Source: Planctomycetota bacterium (lineage in GTDB: Bacteria > Planctomycetota > PLA2 > JAEUHO01). From it: a stretch of 64,000 bases of DNA. The stretch covers positions 42,634 to 106,633 of the forward strand of contig CAXQZU010000045.1 of the NCBI GenBank assembly GCA_964228555.1, read 5' to 3'. Shown in pieces: positions 45,598 to 56,404 of the stretch. Position numbers and translations under genes: made by a program. Below the pieces are notes generated by a model. It saw only the letters and a program-made list of their open reading frames with translations, had not been told where the DNA came from and did not search any database. Numbering within the stretch: the first letter of the stretch is position 1; each line of letters starts with the position of its first letter.

Positions 45598-48240
45598 ATG
45601 GCAGAGCCCGTCCCCGCGCGCCTGCCCGAGGTGCTGGCCCCGGCCGGGGACGAGGAGGCGCTGGCCGCCGCGCTGGCCGAGGGCGCCGATGCCGCCTACT
45701 TCGGGCTGGCCGAGGGCTTCAACGCAAGGGCTCGCGCAGGCAACTTCACGCTGGCCTCGCTGCCGGCCACGGTGGCCCGCATCCACCGTGCAGGGGCGCG
45801 AGCCTACCTCACGCTCAACACCCTGCTCTTCGAGGGCGAGCTGTCGTTCGCAGAACGCGTCGTGGAGGCCGCGGCCCGCGCGGGCGTCGATGCGCTCATC
45901 GTGCAGGACCCGGCCGTGGCGCTGCTGGCGCGCGAGCTGTGCCCGGCCCTGGAGGTGCATGCCAGCACGCAGATGACCATCTCGAGCCCCGAGGCCGCGC
46001 GCTTCGCAGCCGCACTGGGGGTGACCCGCGTGGTGGTGCCGCGCGAGCTGTCCGTGGAGGAGGTGCGCCGCTTCGCGGAGGGCACGCCCCTGGAGCTGGA
46101 GGTGTTCATCCACGGCGCGCTGTGCGTGTCGTGGTCGGGCCAGTGCCTCACCTCGGCGGCGTGGAGCGGGCGCTCGGCCAACCGCGGCGAGTGCGCGCAG
46201 TCCTGCCGCCTGCCCTACCGCCTCGTGGTGGACGGCGAGGCGCGCGACCTCGGCGAGGTGGCCTACCTGCTCAGCCCCAAGGACCTCGCGGGCGTGCGCG
46301 CCGTGGCCCCGCTGGCCGCCGTGGGCGTGCACAGCCTCAAGATCGAGGGGCGGCAGAAGAACGCCACCTACGTGGCGTCGGCCACGCGCCTCTACCGGCG
46401 GCTCGTCGATGGCCTGTCGGACCCGGCGCACGAGCCGGGGGCGCAGGACGACTTGCTGCGCGCCTCGCTGGCCTACACGCGGGGCTTCTCGGATGGGTTC
46501 CTCGGGGGCAGCAACCACCAGGACCTCGTCGAGGGGCGCTTCCCCAAGCACCGCGGCGTGCTGCTGGGCCGCGTGGCCAGCGTGCTGCCCGGCGCCGTGC
46601 TGGTGGAGCCCATGGACGACGGCCGCCCGTGGACCGGCGCGCTGGCTGCCGGCGCGCGCGAGGCCCCGCAGGGCGAGCCCAGCGCCGCCCTGCACGGCTA
46701 CGGTGGCGACGCGGCCTCGGGGCCGCGGCACGCGCCGCTGGAGCCGCGGGCCGGCATGGGCGTGGTGTTCGACGCGGGCCGGCCCGAGGACCAGGGCGAG
46801 CCGGGCGGGCCGGTGTTCCACGTGGATGCGCTGGGCGGCGGCCGCTGGCGGCTGGGCTTCGGCACGCCGGGGCCCGACCTCGCGCGCGTGGCCCCCGGCC
46901 AGCGCGTGTGGGTGACCAGCGACCCGGCGCTGCAACGCGAGGTGGCACGCGAGGTGGCCGGCAGCGAGCCGGAAGGCCGCGTGCCCGTGCGGCTGGAGGT
47001 GTCGGGCGCGCTGGGCCGGCCGCTCGAGGCCACGCTGGCCACCTGCCGGGCGGGGCGGCCCGTGCTCGTGGCGAAGGCCGCGGGCAGCACCCCGCTGGCT
47101 GCCGCCACGGGCCGCGGCCTCGACGAGGCCTTGCTGCGCGACAAGCTCGGCGCGCTGGGCGGCACGCCCTTCCGGCTGGAGGGCATCGACCTGCGCGCGC
47201 TGGCGCCGGGGCTGCACGTGCCGGTCAGCGAGCTCAAGGCCCTGCGTCGCGCGCTGGTGGAGGACCTGCTGCGGCAGGTGGAGCAGGGCCCGCCGCGGGA
47301 GGTGCAGGCCGGCGCGCTGCAGCGGCTGCGCGCCCGCGCGCCGCTGGCCCCGCCCGCGGCGCTGCCGCCCCGCGCGCAGCTGGTGGTGCTGTGCCGCGAG
47401 GATGCGCAGCTGGAGGCCGTGATCGAGGCCGGCCTGCCCGAGGTGGAGCTGGACTGGATGGAGCTGGTCGGCCTGGAGCGGGCCGTGGCCCGCGCGCGCG
47501 CGGCCGGACTGCGCGTCACGCTGGCCACCACGCGCGTGCAGAAGCCGGGCGAGGCCTCGTGGGACGCCCGCCTCTCGCGGCTGGAGCCCGACGGCGTGCT
47601 GGTGCGCCACTGGGGCGCGCTGGTGCACTTCGCGCAGCAGGGCCGGGCGGCCGGCGCGCCGGCGGCTCCCGGGCTGCATGGCGACTTCTCGCTCAACGTG
47701 ACCAACTCCGTCACGGCCCGCCTGCTGCTGGAGCAGGGCCTCGCGACCTTCACGCCCTCGCACGACCTCGACGCTGCGCAGCTGGCGTCCTTGCTGCAGG
47801 GCGTGGACCCGTCACGCACCACGGTGGTCCTGCATCACCGCATGCCCACCTTCCACACCGAGCACTGCGTCTACGCGCACCTGCTCTCGCAGGGTCGCGA
47901 CTATCGCACCTGCGGCCGGCCCTGCGAGAGCCACCGTGTCTCGCTGCAGGACACGCGCGGTCGCGAGCACCCGGTGATCGTGGACGTGGGCTGCCGCAAC
48001 ACGGTGTTCCACGAGCAGCCCACCTGCGCCGCGGCGCTGGTGCCGGGCCTGCTGGCGCAGGGCGTGCGGCGCTTCCGGGTCGAGCTGGTGCGCGAGGACC
48101 GCACCACGACCGCGGCGCTGCTGGCGGCCTACGGCGCGTTGCTGGCCGGCCGCCTCACGCCCGAGCAGGCCGCGGCGCAGGCCGGCGCGCTGGCCCAGGT
48201 GGGGGTGAGCGCCCGCCCGATGGCCACGCTGGTGCCCTAG
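45598..48240 (+). CDS. U32-family protein, long form (peptidase U32 / anaerobic hydroxylase-like, Fe-S Cys motif)
   Basis: 880 aa from MAEPVPARLPEVLAPAGDEEAL. The U32 core has IHRAGARAYLTLNTL, LIVQD, HASTQM and a four-Cys block CVSWSGQCLTSAAWSGRSANRGECAQSC. A second U32-like region lies in the C-terminal third. Confidence 0.85.
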   Translation: MAEPVPARLPEVLAPAGDEEALAAALAEGADAAYFGLAEGFNARARAGNFTLASLPATVARIHRAGARAYLTLNTLLFEGELSFAERVVEAAARAGVDALIVQDPAVALLARELCPALEVHASTQMTISSPEAARFAAALGVTRVVVPRELSVEEVRRFAEGTPLELEVFIHGALCVSWSGQCLTSAAWSGRSANRGECAQSCRLPYRLVVDGEARDLGEVAYLLSPKDLAGVRAVAPLAAVGVHSLKIEGRQKNATYVASATRLYRRLVDGLSDPAHEPGAQDDLLRASLAYTRGFSDGFLGGSNHQDLVEGRFPKHRGVLLGRVASVLPGAVLVEPMDDGRPWTGALAAGAREAPQGEPSAALHGYGGDAASGPRHAPLEPRAGMGVVFDAGRPEDQGEPGGPVFHVDALGGGRWRLGFGTPGPDLARVAPGQRVWVTSDPALQREVAREVAGSEPEGRVPVRLEVSGALGRPLEATLATCRAGRPVLVAKAAGSTPLAAATGRGLDEALLRDKLGALGGTPFRLEGIDLRALAPGLHVPVSELKALRRALVEDLLRQVEQGPPREVQAGALQRLRARAPLAPPAALPPRAQLVVLCREDAQLEAVIEAGLPEVELDWMELVGLERAVARARAAGLRVTLATTRVQKPGEASWDARLSRLEPDGVLVRHWGALVHFAQQGRAAGAPAAPGLHGDFSLNVTNSVTARLLLEQGLATFTPSHDLDAAQLASLLQGVDPSRTTVVLHHRMPTFHTEHCVYAHLLSQGRDYRTCGRPCESHRVSLQDTRGREHPVIVDVGCRNTVFHEQPTCAAALVPGLLAQGVRRFRVELVREDRTTTAALLAAYGALLAGRLTPEQAAAQAGALAQVGVSARPMATLVP

Positions 48241-49637
48241 GGGCGGGGCTCGGGCCCTGCCGGCGAGGCGAGGCCCTCGAGGTCGAAGCCCTCGTGCAGG
48301 CGGGGCACGGTCACCTCGCAGCCCAGCTCGGCGCGCAGCGTGCCGGCGAAGGCCTCCAGGGCGCGCGGCTCGCCGTGGCAGGCGAACACCCGCCGGGGAC
48401 CGCGCCCCGTGCCCTTCACCCACGCCAGCAGCTCGCTGCGCCCCGCGTGGGCCGAGAAGCCGCCCAGCGTGTGGATGCGCGCACGCACCGGCACCTCGCG
48501 GCCGCGGATGCGCACGTGCGGGGCCCGGTCCACCAGCCGCCGGCCCAGCGTGCCCGGCGCCTGGTAGCCCACGAACACCACGTGGGTGCTCTCGCGCGGC
48601 AGGAAGCGCTCGAGGTGGCCGACGATGCGGCCGCCCTGGCACATGCCCGAGGAGGCGATGATGAGCGCGCCGCGTGCCTCGTGGGCCAGCCGCTCGCTCT
48701 GCTCGGCCTCCGTGACGAGGCGCAGGCCCTCGAAGGTGAAGGGGTCGTCGCCGCGCGCCAGCAGGGCCTTGGTGTCCTCGTCCATGACGCCGGTCTGGCC
48801 CCGGAACACCTGCGTGATGCGCACGGCCAGGGGGCTGTCCACGACCACGGAGAGCCCGCGCAGCAGGCCGGCCGACTTCCATCCGTTGAGGTGGTAGAGC
48901 AGGTCTTGCGTGCGTCCCAGCGCGAAGGCCGGCACCAGCACCACGCCCTGCCCGGCCACCGCCTCCTCGAGGATCCCGCGCAGCTCGTCGAGGCTGGCGG
49001 CGCCCGTGCGGTGGTCGCGGTCCCCGTAGGTGCACTCCACCTGCAGCACGTCGGCGGCCGGGAACGGCGTGGGGTCGCCCACCACGGGCCGGCCGGGCGA
49101 CCCCACGTCGCCCGAGACGCCGAGCACCAGCGAGCGCCCGCCCTCCTGCAGCGACAGTGCCACGTGCGCGCTGCCCAGGATGTGGCCGGCATCGTGCAGC
49201 GTCACCTCCAGCGAGGGACTGAGGCGTCGCGACTGCCCGTAGCGCAGCGGCTCGATGCGCCGTTCGAGGTCCAGCACCTCGCGCTCGCCATAGGGTGGGG
49301 GAGGTCCCCCGCGCCGGGCGTCCTCGTGCGCGATCTTGACGCTGTCGCGCCACATGATGCCGGCCAGCGCCGCCGTCGCGCGCGTCATCAGCACGCGCCC
49401 GCGGAAGCCCTGCCGCACCAGCAAGGGCGCGCGCGCGCAGTGGTCCACGTGCGCGTGCGTCAGCACCAGCGCGTCGATGCCGGGCACGTGGAAGCGGAAG
49501 GCCGCCGAGTTCCAGCGCTCGAGGTCCTCGTCGCCCTGGAACTGGCCGCAGTCCACCAGCACGCGCGTGCCGCCGGCCTCGACCAGCGTGCAGGACCCCG
49601 TCACCGTGCCCGCCGCCCCGTGGAACTCCACCCGCAT
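48237..49637 (-). CDS. metallo-beta-lactamase fold, beta-CASP family RNA-metabolising hydrolase
   Basis: 466 aa. The MBL motif is LTHAHVDHCARAP. The beta-CASP region has ECTYGDRDH, and the C-terminal motif is GFSAHAGRSEL...HGEP. Confidence 0.85.
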   Translation of the reverse strand: MRVEFHGAAGTVTGSCTLVEAGGTRVLVDCGQFQGDEDLERWNSAAFRFHVPGIDALVLTHAHVDHCARAPLLVRQGFRGRVLMTRATAALAGIMWRDSVKIAHEDARRGGPPPPYGEREVLDLERRIEPLRYGQSRRLSPSLEVTLHDAGHILGSAHVALSLQEGGRSLVLGVSGDVGSPGRPVVGDPTPFPAADVLQVECTYGDRDHRTGAASLDELRGILEEAVAGQGVVLVPAFALGRTQDLLYHLNGWKSAGLLRGLSVVVDSPLAVRITQVFRGQTGVMDEDTKALLARGDDPFTFEGLRLVTEAEQSERLAHEARGALIIASSGMCQGGRIVGHLERFLPRESTHVVFVGYQAPGTLGRRLVDRAPHVRIRGREVPVRARIHTLGGFSAHAGRSELLAWVKGTGRGPRRVFACHGEPRALEAFAGTLRAELGCEVTVPRLHEGFDLEGLASPAGPEPRP

Positions 49638-49772
49638 GCGGTCCCTCCTGCGCGGCCCGTGCGCCCACGCACGCCCATCATGCCCTCCGGTGCGGCCGAT
49701 CCCAGCGGCAGGCTGCCGACCCGGCCCTGGGCGGCCGGTGACGCCGGCGGCGCCGCGTGCTAGACCGAGGGC

Positions 49773-50612
49773 ATGCCTGCCATGCCGAGCCTGCTGGGCC
49801 TTGTCGCCGCCCTGCTCGTGCTGGGAGCGGTGTTCGGCGTGCTCGAGCACGTGGCCCGGCGGCGCCGTGGCCAGCCCGGCCGGCTGCTGCGCGAGGGATG
49901 GGGCACGGACGTGGCCTACCTGTTCGTGACGGCCCTCCTCACCAAGCCGCTGGCCCGCCTGCTGGTGATCGTGGCGGCTGCGCTGCTGGTGCTGGTGGGC
50001 CTGGTGCCCGCCCACGCCTTCCAGGACGGGGCGTACGCCGGCTTCGGCCCGCTGTCGCGCCAGCCCGGCTGGCTGCAGGCCCTGCAAGTGCTCGCACTCG
50101 TGGACCTCATCGGCTACTGGAGCCATCGCCTCTTCCACCGCCGGGGCTGGTGGCCTTTCCATGCCGTGCACCATGCCTCGGAGCGGCTCGACTGGCTCAG
50201 CAGCCTGCGCGTGCACCCCGTCAACGACGTGGTGACCAAGCTGCTGCAGGCCGTGCCCCTGCTGCTGCTGGGCTACGACCCGGCGGTGACGCTGGGCGCA
50301 GCGCCGGTGCTCACGCTCTACGCGCTCCTGCTGCATGCGGACGTGACGTGGGACTTCGGGCCGCTGCGCTGGGTGATCGCCTCCCCGGTGTTCCATCGCT
50401 GGCACCACTCGCGCCAGCGCGAGGCGTGGGACCGCAACTTCGCGGGCCTGCTGCCCGCGTGGGACCTGCTCTTCGGCACCTTCTACATGCCGCGCGGGCA
50501 GGTGCCGTCCGACTTCGGCATCCACGAGCCGATGCCGCCGCGCCTCGTGGGCCAGCTGGCCGCCCCCTTCGCCCGCGCGGCCCGTCGCCCGCAGGAGGCG
50601 GAGGCCGCCTGA
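49773..50612 (+). CDS. fatty acid hydroxylase / sterol desaturase superfamily membrane protein
   Basis: It has His boxes HRLFH, HAVHH and HRWHH with TM helices. Confidence 0.85.
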   Translation: MPAMPSLLGLVAALLVLGAVFGVLEHVARRRRGQPGRLLREGWGTDVAYLFVTALLTKPLARLLVIVAAALLVLVGLVPAHAFQDGAYAGFGPLSRQPGWLQALQVLALVDLIGYWSHRLFHRRGWWPFHAVHHASERLDWLSSLRVHPVNDVVTKLLQAVPLLLLGYDPAVTLGAAPVLTLYALLLHADVTWDFGPLRWVIASPVFHRWHHSRQREAWDRNFAGLLPAWDLLFGTFYMPRGQVPSDFGIHEPMPPRLVGQLAAPFARAARRPQEAEAA

Positions 50613-50622
50613 GCGGTGGTGC

Positions 50623-51411
50623 CTACGGCCCGCGCGGGTTGCCCACGAAGCGCCGGCCCAGCAGCGCCAGCGTGGTGACGCTGGTGCGCACCAGCTTCAT
50701 CTTCGACACGCCTTGCTTGCGGTCGTAGCGCAGCACCAGCGGCACCTCGTCGATGCGCCGGCACAGGCGGCGCAGCTTGAGCAGCAGGTCCACCATGATG
50801 CTGAAGCCGCGCTGGTTGAGGAAGTTCGCGCCCCAGCGCCGGCGGCCGGCCGCCAGCAGGCTCACGCGGTAGAGGCGGTAGCCGCAGGTGTAGTCGCGCG
50901 CGCCGGGGAAGAGCAGGCGCAGCACCCACGAGGCGCCGTGGCTGATGAGGCGGCGGTACCACACCAGCCCGTGGATCTGGGCCCCGGGCTGGTAGCGCGA
51001 GGCGATCACGAGGTCGGCGCCGGCCTGCGCGCGTGCCCACATGCCCAGCAGCAGCTCGGGCGGGTGGGTGTGGTCGGCGTCCATCGAGGCCATCCAGTCC
51101 TGCGGCGCGGCGTGGGCCAGCACGTGCTCGATGCCGGTGCGCATGGCTGCGCCCAGGCCACGGTTCACGCCGTGCGGCACCACCGTGACGGGGATGCCGT
51201 AGTCGCGGCGCGCCACGGCCGCCGTCTCGTCGCGGCTGCCGTCGTCCACGACCACCACCTGCAGCCGCGGGGCGCCCGGGCCCCAGGCGGCGTGCATCGC
51301 GGCGAGGTCCGTGAGCAGCGGCGCGAGGTTGGCGGCCTCGTTGTAGGCCGGCAGCATCATCCACAGGGCGGGCGCCGCGTGGGGGGCGGCGGCGGGGATG
51401 GGCTCGGCCAT
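50623..51411 (-). CDS. family 2 glycosyltransferase (polyprenol-phosphate sugar transferase-like)
   Basis: LPAYNEAANL, VVVVDDGSRDET and MDADHTHPPE (DxD) are GT2 / Dpm1-like signatures. Confidence 0.85.
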   Translation of the reverse strand: MAEPIPAAAPHAAPALWMMLPAYNEAANLAPLLTDLAAMHAAWGPGAPRLQVVVVDDGSRDETAAVARRDYGIPVTVVPHGVNRGLGAAMRTGIEHVLAHAAPQDWMASMDADHTHPPELLLGMWARAQAGADLVIASRYQPGAQIHGLVWYRRLISHGASWVLRLLFPGARDYTCGYRLYRVSLLAAGRRRWGANFLNQRGFSIMVDLLLKLRRLCRRIDEVPLVLRYDRKQGVSKMKLVRTSVTTLALLGRRFVGNPRGP

Positions 51412-51444
51412 GCGCGGGCATCGTAGCCCGGCGGCGCGCGTGCC

Positions 51445-52572
51445 CTAGGCCGCGGGCTGCCAGGGTGCGACGGGCTCGCCGCACACGCTGGCGGCGATGC
51501 GCTGCGCGGCGGCGCCGTCGCCGAAGAGGTCGCGCGGGCGGAAGGCCGCGCGCGCGGCTGCCTCGGCCAGCAGGCGGTGGCCCTCGGCCTCGATGCGCTG
51601 GGCGTCGGTGCCCACCAGCAGGCCGGCGCCGGCTTCCACGATCTCGGGCCGCTCGGTCACCTCGCGCAGCACCAGCAGCGGCTTGCCCAGCGTGGCGGCC
51701 TCCTCCTGGATGCCGCCGCTGTCGGTGAGCACCAGCTCGGCGCGCTCCAGCAGCCAGACCAGGTCGCCGTACTCCACGGGCGGCAGCAGGCGCACGTTGG
51801 GCAGGTCCAGGGAGGCGCGAGCCGGGCCTTCCACCTGCGGGTTGGGGTGCACGGGGTAGGCGAAGGTGACCTCCGGGTGGCGACGCGCCAGCGCGGCGAT
51901 GCCGCGGAAGGCCTCGGCCAGCGGGGCCCCGAAGGACTCGCGGCGGTGGGCCGTGACCAGCGCGAGGCGGCGCGCGCCGCGGAGCAGGGCGGGCACGGCC
52001 AGCGGCGCGCCCGAGAGGCGCGTGCGCGCCAGCGCCAGCGCGTCCACCGCCGTGTTGCCCGTGACCACGATGCGCGCCGCTTCCAGGCCCTCGCGCGAGA
52101 GGTTGCGCGCGGCGCCGGCGGTGGGAGCCCACAGGTGCTGGGCCAGCCGGTCGATCACGACGCGGTTGAGCTCCTCCGGGAAGGGCGCGTCCAGGCGCCC
52201 GGAGCGCAAGCCGGCCTCGACGTGGCCCACCGGCACGCCGCGGTAGAAGGCGGCCAGCGCGGTGGCCATGGCCGTCGTGGTGTCGCCGTGCACCAGCACC
52301 ACGTCGGGGCGCTCGGCCTCCAGCACGGCGGTCATGGCCTCCAGCACGCGCGCGGTGAGCGCCGCGAGCGACTGGCCCGGCTGCATCAGCGCGAGGTCGA
52401 TGTCCGGCACGATCCCGAAGAGGGCGTTGACCTGGTCGAGCAGGTGGCGGTGCTGTGCCGTGACGCAGGTGCGCACCACCAGCTCTCCGGCCCGGGCACG
52501 CAAGGCCGCCACCACGGGCGCCATCTTGATGGCCTCGGGGCGCGTGCCGTAGGTGACGAGGACGCGGCGCAC
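51445..52572 (-). CDS. wecB: UDP-N-acetylglucosamine 2-epimerase (non-hydrolysing)
   Basis: GTG start. VLVTYGTRPEAIKMAPV, LVHGDTTT, VGHVEAGLRS, TDSGGIQEEA and LREVTERPE are WecB motifs. Confidence 0.9.
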   Translation of the reverse strand: MRRVLVTYGTRPEAIKMAPVVAALRARAGELVVRTCVTAQHRHLLDQVNALFGIVPDIDLALMQPGQSLAALTARVLEAMTAVLEAERPDVVLVHGDTTTAMATALAAFYRGVPVGHVEAGLRSGRLDAPFPEELNRVVIDRLAQHLWAPTAGAARNLSREGLEAARIVVTGNTAVDALALARTRLSGAPLAVPALLRGARRLALVTAHRRESFGAPLAEAFRGIAALARRHPEVTFAYPVHPNPQVEGPARASLDLPNVRLLPPVEYGDLVWLLERAELVLTDSGGIQEEAATLGKPLLVLREVTERPEIVEAGAGLLVGTDAQRIEAEGHRLLAEAAARAAFRPRDLFGDGAAAQRIAASVCGEPVAPWQPAA

Positions 52573-52577
52573 GCGCG

Positions 52578-52946
52578 CTAGGCAGGACGCGCCGGGCCGA
52601 GCGCCAGGCCCGCGGCCTGCCACGCATCCAGGCCGCCGGCCAGGCTGCAGGCCTGCGTGAAGCCCATCTCGCGCAGCACCTGCGCCGCGAGGATGCTGCG
52701 CCGGCCGGTGCTGCAGACGACGACGATGGGCCCCTCGGGATCGAAGATCCAGTCGGGCGCGTCCAGCTCGAGGCGCCCGCGCGGGATGGACATGGCGTCC
52801 GGCACGGTGCCGCGCGCCACCTCGCCCGCCTCGCGCACGTCCAGCGCGAGTGCGCCGGCTGCCACGAGCCGCTGCGCCTCGGCCGGGCCCACCTCGGGCA
52901 CCACCTGCTGCGCCGCGCGCACGAAGTCGTCGATGGTCTTGGCCAT
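52578..52946 (-). CDS. single-domain rhodanese sulfurtransferase
   Basis: 122 aa. The active-site loop is VVVCSTGRRS, and the GGLDAW motif is present. Confidence 0.85.
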   Translation of the reverse strand: MAKTIDDFVRAAQQVVPEVGPAEAQRLVAAGALALDVREAGEVARGTVPDAMSIPRGRLELDAPDWIFDPEGPIVVVCSTGRRSILAAQVLREMGFTQACSLAGGLDAWQAAGLALGPARPA

Positions 52947-53006
52947 GCGCGGTAGGTTCTAGGTTCCTGCCGAGGCGGCCGCGCCACCTTGGCGGGGAGA
53001 CCCCCC

Positions 53007-53695
53007 ATGCGCGAGCCCATCCGCCTCTTCGTCGAGTCCGCGGCGCGCCACCTGGCGGGCCCGGGCCCGGTCGTGGAGTTCGGCGCCTACCGCGTGGAGG
53101 GCCAGCAGCGCCTGGCCGACCTGCGGCCGCTGTTCCCGGGGCGCGAGTACACCGGCGTGGACCTGCGCGCAGGCCCCGGCGTGGACACGGTGGCCGACCT
53201 CGCCGCGTCGCCGCTGGCCTCGGGCAGCGTGGGCACGTTGCTGTGCCTGGAGACGCTCGAGCACGTCTTCGAGCTGCCGCGGGCGCTCGCGGAGGTGCAG
53301 CGCATGCTGGCCCCGGGCGGCCTGCTGGTGGCCAGCACGCCCTTCCACTTCCACATCCACGCGCACCCGGACGACTACTGGCGACTGACGCCCTCGGCGT
53401 GGGCTCGCTTGCTGGCGCCCTACGCGGCCTGGCGCGTGGGGGCCGTCGGCGTGCCCTCACGCCCTCACACCGTGCTGGTGCTGGCTGTCAAGGCGCCGGC
53501 GCCCGCGGACGTGCAGGCCCGGCTGGAGGCGGCCTCTGCCGCCACCACGGCGGCGCTGCAGGTCCTCGCGCGCGCGCGGCCGCTGGGCGCGCGCATGGCT
53601 TGGGCCCTCAAGGCCCCGCTGCGCTCGCGCGGCGAGCGCGAGGACCGCCGGCGTGCGCACGAGGTGGCCTGGCGCCGCAGCGAGGACGCGCGGGC

Positions 53696-53699
<4 letters not shown>
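53007..53699 (+). CDS. class I SAM-dependent methyltransferase
   Basis: Methyltransf_11-like features are VVEFGAY, YTGVDL, LEHVFELPRALAEVQRMLAPGGLLV. The start is taken at MREP. Confidence 0.7.
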
Positions 53700-54381
<682 letters not shown>

Positions 54382-54382
<1 letters not shown>

Positions 54383-55587
54383 CAGGTCTCCTGCAGGTTG
54401 GCGCTGGCGTCGAAGCGCGAGGCCAGCCAGGCCGGCAGCAGCGAGCCCAGCACGGCCACCAGCGTCGCCAGCGCGGTGGCCAGCGGCAGCCAGGCCAGCA
54501 GCGGGGCCACGTACAGGCCCAGCACGGAGCGGCCCAGCAGCACCACGCAGCCCGTGCCCAGCGCGTAGCCCAGCACGCCGCCCAGCAACCCCAGCACCAC
54601 GGCCTTGGCCAGCAGCACGCCCAGGATGCGCGCGCGGCTGGCGCCCAGCAGGCGCAGGATGCCGATCTCGCGGCGGCGCTGGTTGACGTTGGCCCACATG
54701 AAGTTGCCGATGGACAGGCCGCCCACCACCAGCACGATGGCCAGGAAGCCCCACGAGAGCCGGTCCATCAGGCGGTTGGTCTCCACCTGCGTGTGCACCA
54801 CCTGCGCGATGCCCACCACGTGCGTGTCGGGCAGCACGTTGCGCAGGCGCGCGAGCAGGCCGTCGGTGATGGCTGCACAGCAGCCCATGATCTCGATGGC
54901 CGACACCTGCGGGCCCGAGCCCAGCGCCTGCTGCATCTCGTGCAGGTGCACGAACAGCCGGTCGTCATCCACCGTGCCCGTGGGGGGCAGCAGCCTGGCC
55001 ACGCGCAGGTCGCGGTCCCAGATGCGCAGCGTGGCCCCCTCGGACAGGCGCAGGCGCTGCGCGGCGCTGCTGCCCACCAGGCAGTCCTTGCGCCCCAGCA
55101 CGTCCACCGGGCGGCGCTTGAGGCGCGGGTCGGCGTGCGGCGTGGGGTCAGCCGCGCACACGTGCTGCGCGCCCGGCTCGCCGTCGCCTTCCAGCTGCCA
55201 GGTGGGCTTGGCGGCCACCTCGTGGTCCGGCAGGATGCCGGTGACGACGACGTCCTCGCCGGCCACCCGCCAGCGGCGCGAGAGCTTGGGCGAGAGGTTC
55301 TCGACGCCCAGCAACCCGCTGGTGGCGATGCGCTCGACGTAGGACTCGGGCAGGGTGGGGGCGTCGATGTCGGCCGCGTGGTAGTCGTCGATGCGCGCGC
55401 CCTGCGGCAGCACGAGCACGTTGGCGCCCAGGCTGTCGAGGCGCACGGCCACGGCGCGCTGGCTGGCCACGGCCACGGCGCGGATGCCCACGATCACGGC
55501 CACGCCCAGCGTGATGGCCACCACGCCCGACACGAGGCTGCCGCGGCGGTGGCGGATCTCCTTCCAGGCCAGCCCGAGCATCGCCAT
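54382..55587 (-). CDS. FtsX/MacB-type ABC permease with large periplasmic domain
   Basis: 401 aa. It has TM1 then a periplasmic domain of about 230 aa (MacB_PCD-like) then three TM helices with the FtsX motif region (RRREIGILRLLGASR). The periplasmic domain contains a vicinal Cys pair (IMGCCAAITDG). Confidence 0.85.
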
Positions 55588-55597
55588 GGCGCGTGCG

Positions 55598-56344
55598 CTA
55601 CGAGCCGCAGCTCGTGCAGCCGGGGTCCGAGCAGCAGGGGGCCTTGGCGCTGGCCGCCTTGAGCACGCCCTCGGCGGTCACGGCCTCGCCCTCGAGGCGG
55701 CCCAGCACCTGCGCCTTGGTGTTCATCACGATCACCACGGGATCCGTCGCGTCGGGCTTGACCTTCATCTGGGCCAGGAAGCGCTTCTCGGCCACGTCCT
55801 GCGTGTCCACGAGCACCAGCCCGGCGCGGCCCTCCATGCGTCCTGCCGCATCGCGCGCCGCGGCGGCGGCCGCCTCGCGCGCGGGCATGCCGGCGTGCGT
55901 GAAGGCCAGCACGGCCACGCGGCCCTCGGCCATGTGCTTGAGCCACGCGGCCTTGGCCGGGGAGGGAAGCAGCGCGACGAGGCGCGCCGCCGCGCCCTCG
56001 GCCGGGCGCTGTGCGCCGGCCGGCACGCCGTTGCGGGCGATCACCAGCACCAGCGGCACGGGCGCTGCGGCCAGGCGGAACGCGTCCACCGCAGCGGCGC
56101 GCGCGGGGTCCTGGCGGTCGAGGTGCAGCACGGTGGTGGCCGGGGCCAGCGATGCGGCGGCCTCGGCCACGCGGCGGGCCTCGTCGAGCCCCTGGCCCCC
56201 GTCGGTGACGACGAGGAACACGGCCTTGCCCGCGGCATTCGCGGCCTGCACGTCGGGAGCGGGCCCGGTCACCTCGGCGCCCAGCGGGGCTGCGCCGAGC
56301 AGCAGCAGGCAGGGCAGGACGAGCGAGAGCAGGACGGTACGCAT
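55598..56344 (-). CDS. secreted two-module protein with C-terminal Cys-rich tail (APCCSDPGCTSCGS)
   Basis: Start MRTVLL has GGAGG 6 nt upstream. It has a signal peptide. Two similar alpha/beta modules follow (KAVFLVVTD...PLVLVIARNG and RVAVLAFTH...PVVIVMNTKAQVLG). Four Cys lie in the last 12 residues, including a CC pair. Confidence 0.6.
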   Translation of the reverse strand: MRTVLLSLVLPCLLLLGAAPLGAEVTGPAPDVQAANAAGKAVFLVVTDGGQGLDEARRVAEAAASLAPATTVLHLDRQDPARAAAVDAFRLAAAPVPLVLVIARNGVPAGAQRPAEGAAARLVALLPSPAKAAWLKHMAEGRVAVLAFTHAGMPAREAAAAAARDAAGRMEGRAGLVLVDTQDVAEKRFLAQMKVKPDATDPVVIVMNTKAQVLGRLEGEAVTAEGVLKAASAKAPCCSDPGCTSCGS

Positions 56345-56404
56345 GCAAGCCTCCAAGCCCGCAGGGTAGCGGTGTGCGTACGGGGGGAGAACCGAAACCA
56401 GCCC

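Noticed and set aside
44913-49763. 1616-aa plus-strand ORF
   Set aside because: It spans parts of four real genes on both strands (desaturase, chorismate mutase, U32 out of frame, beta-CASP antisense). The composition is low complexity and it is a GC artefact.
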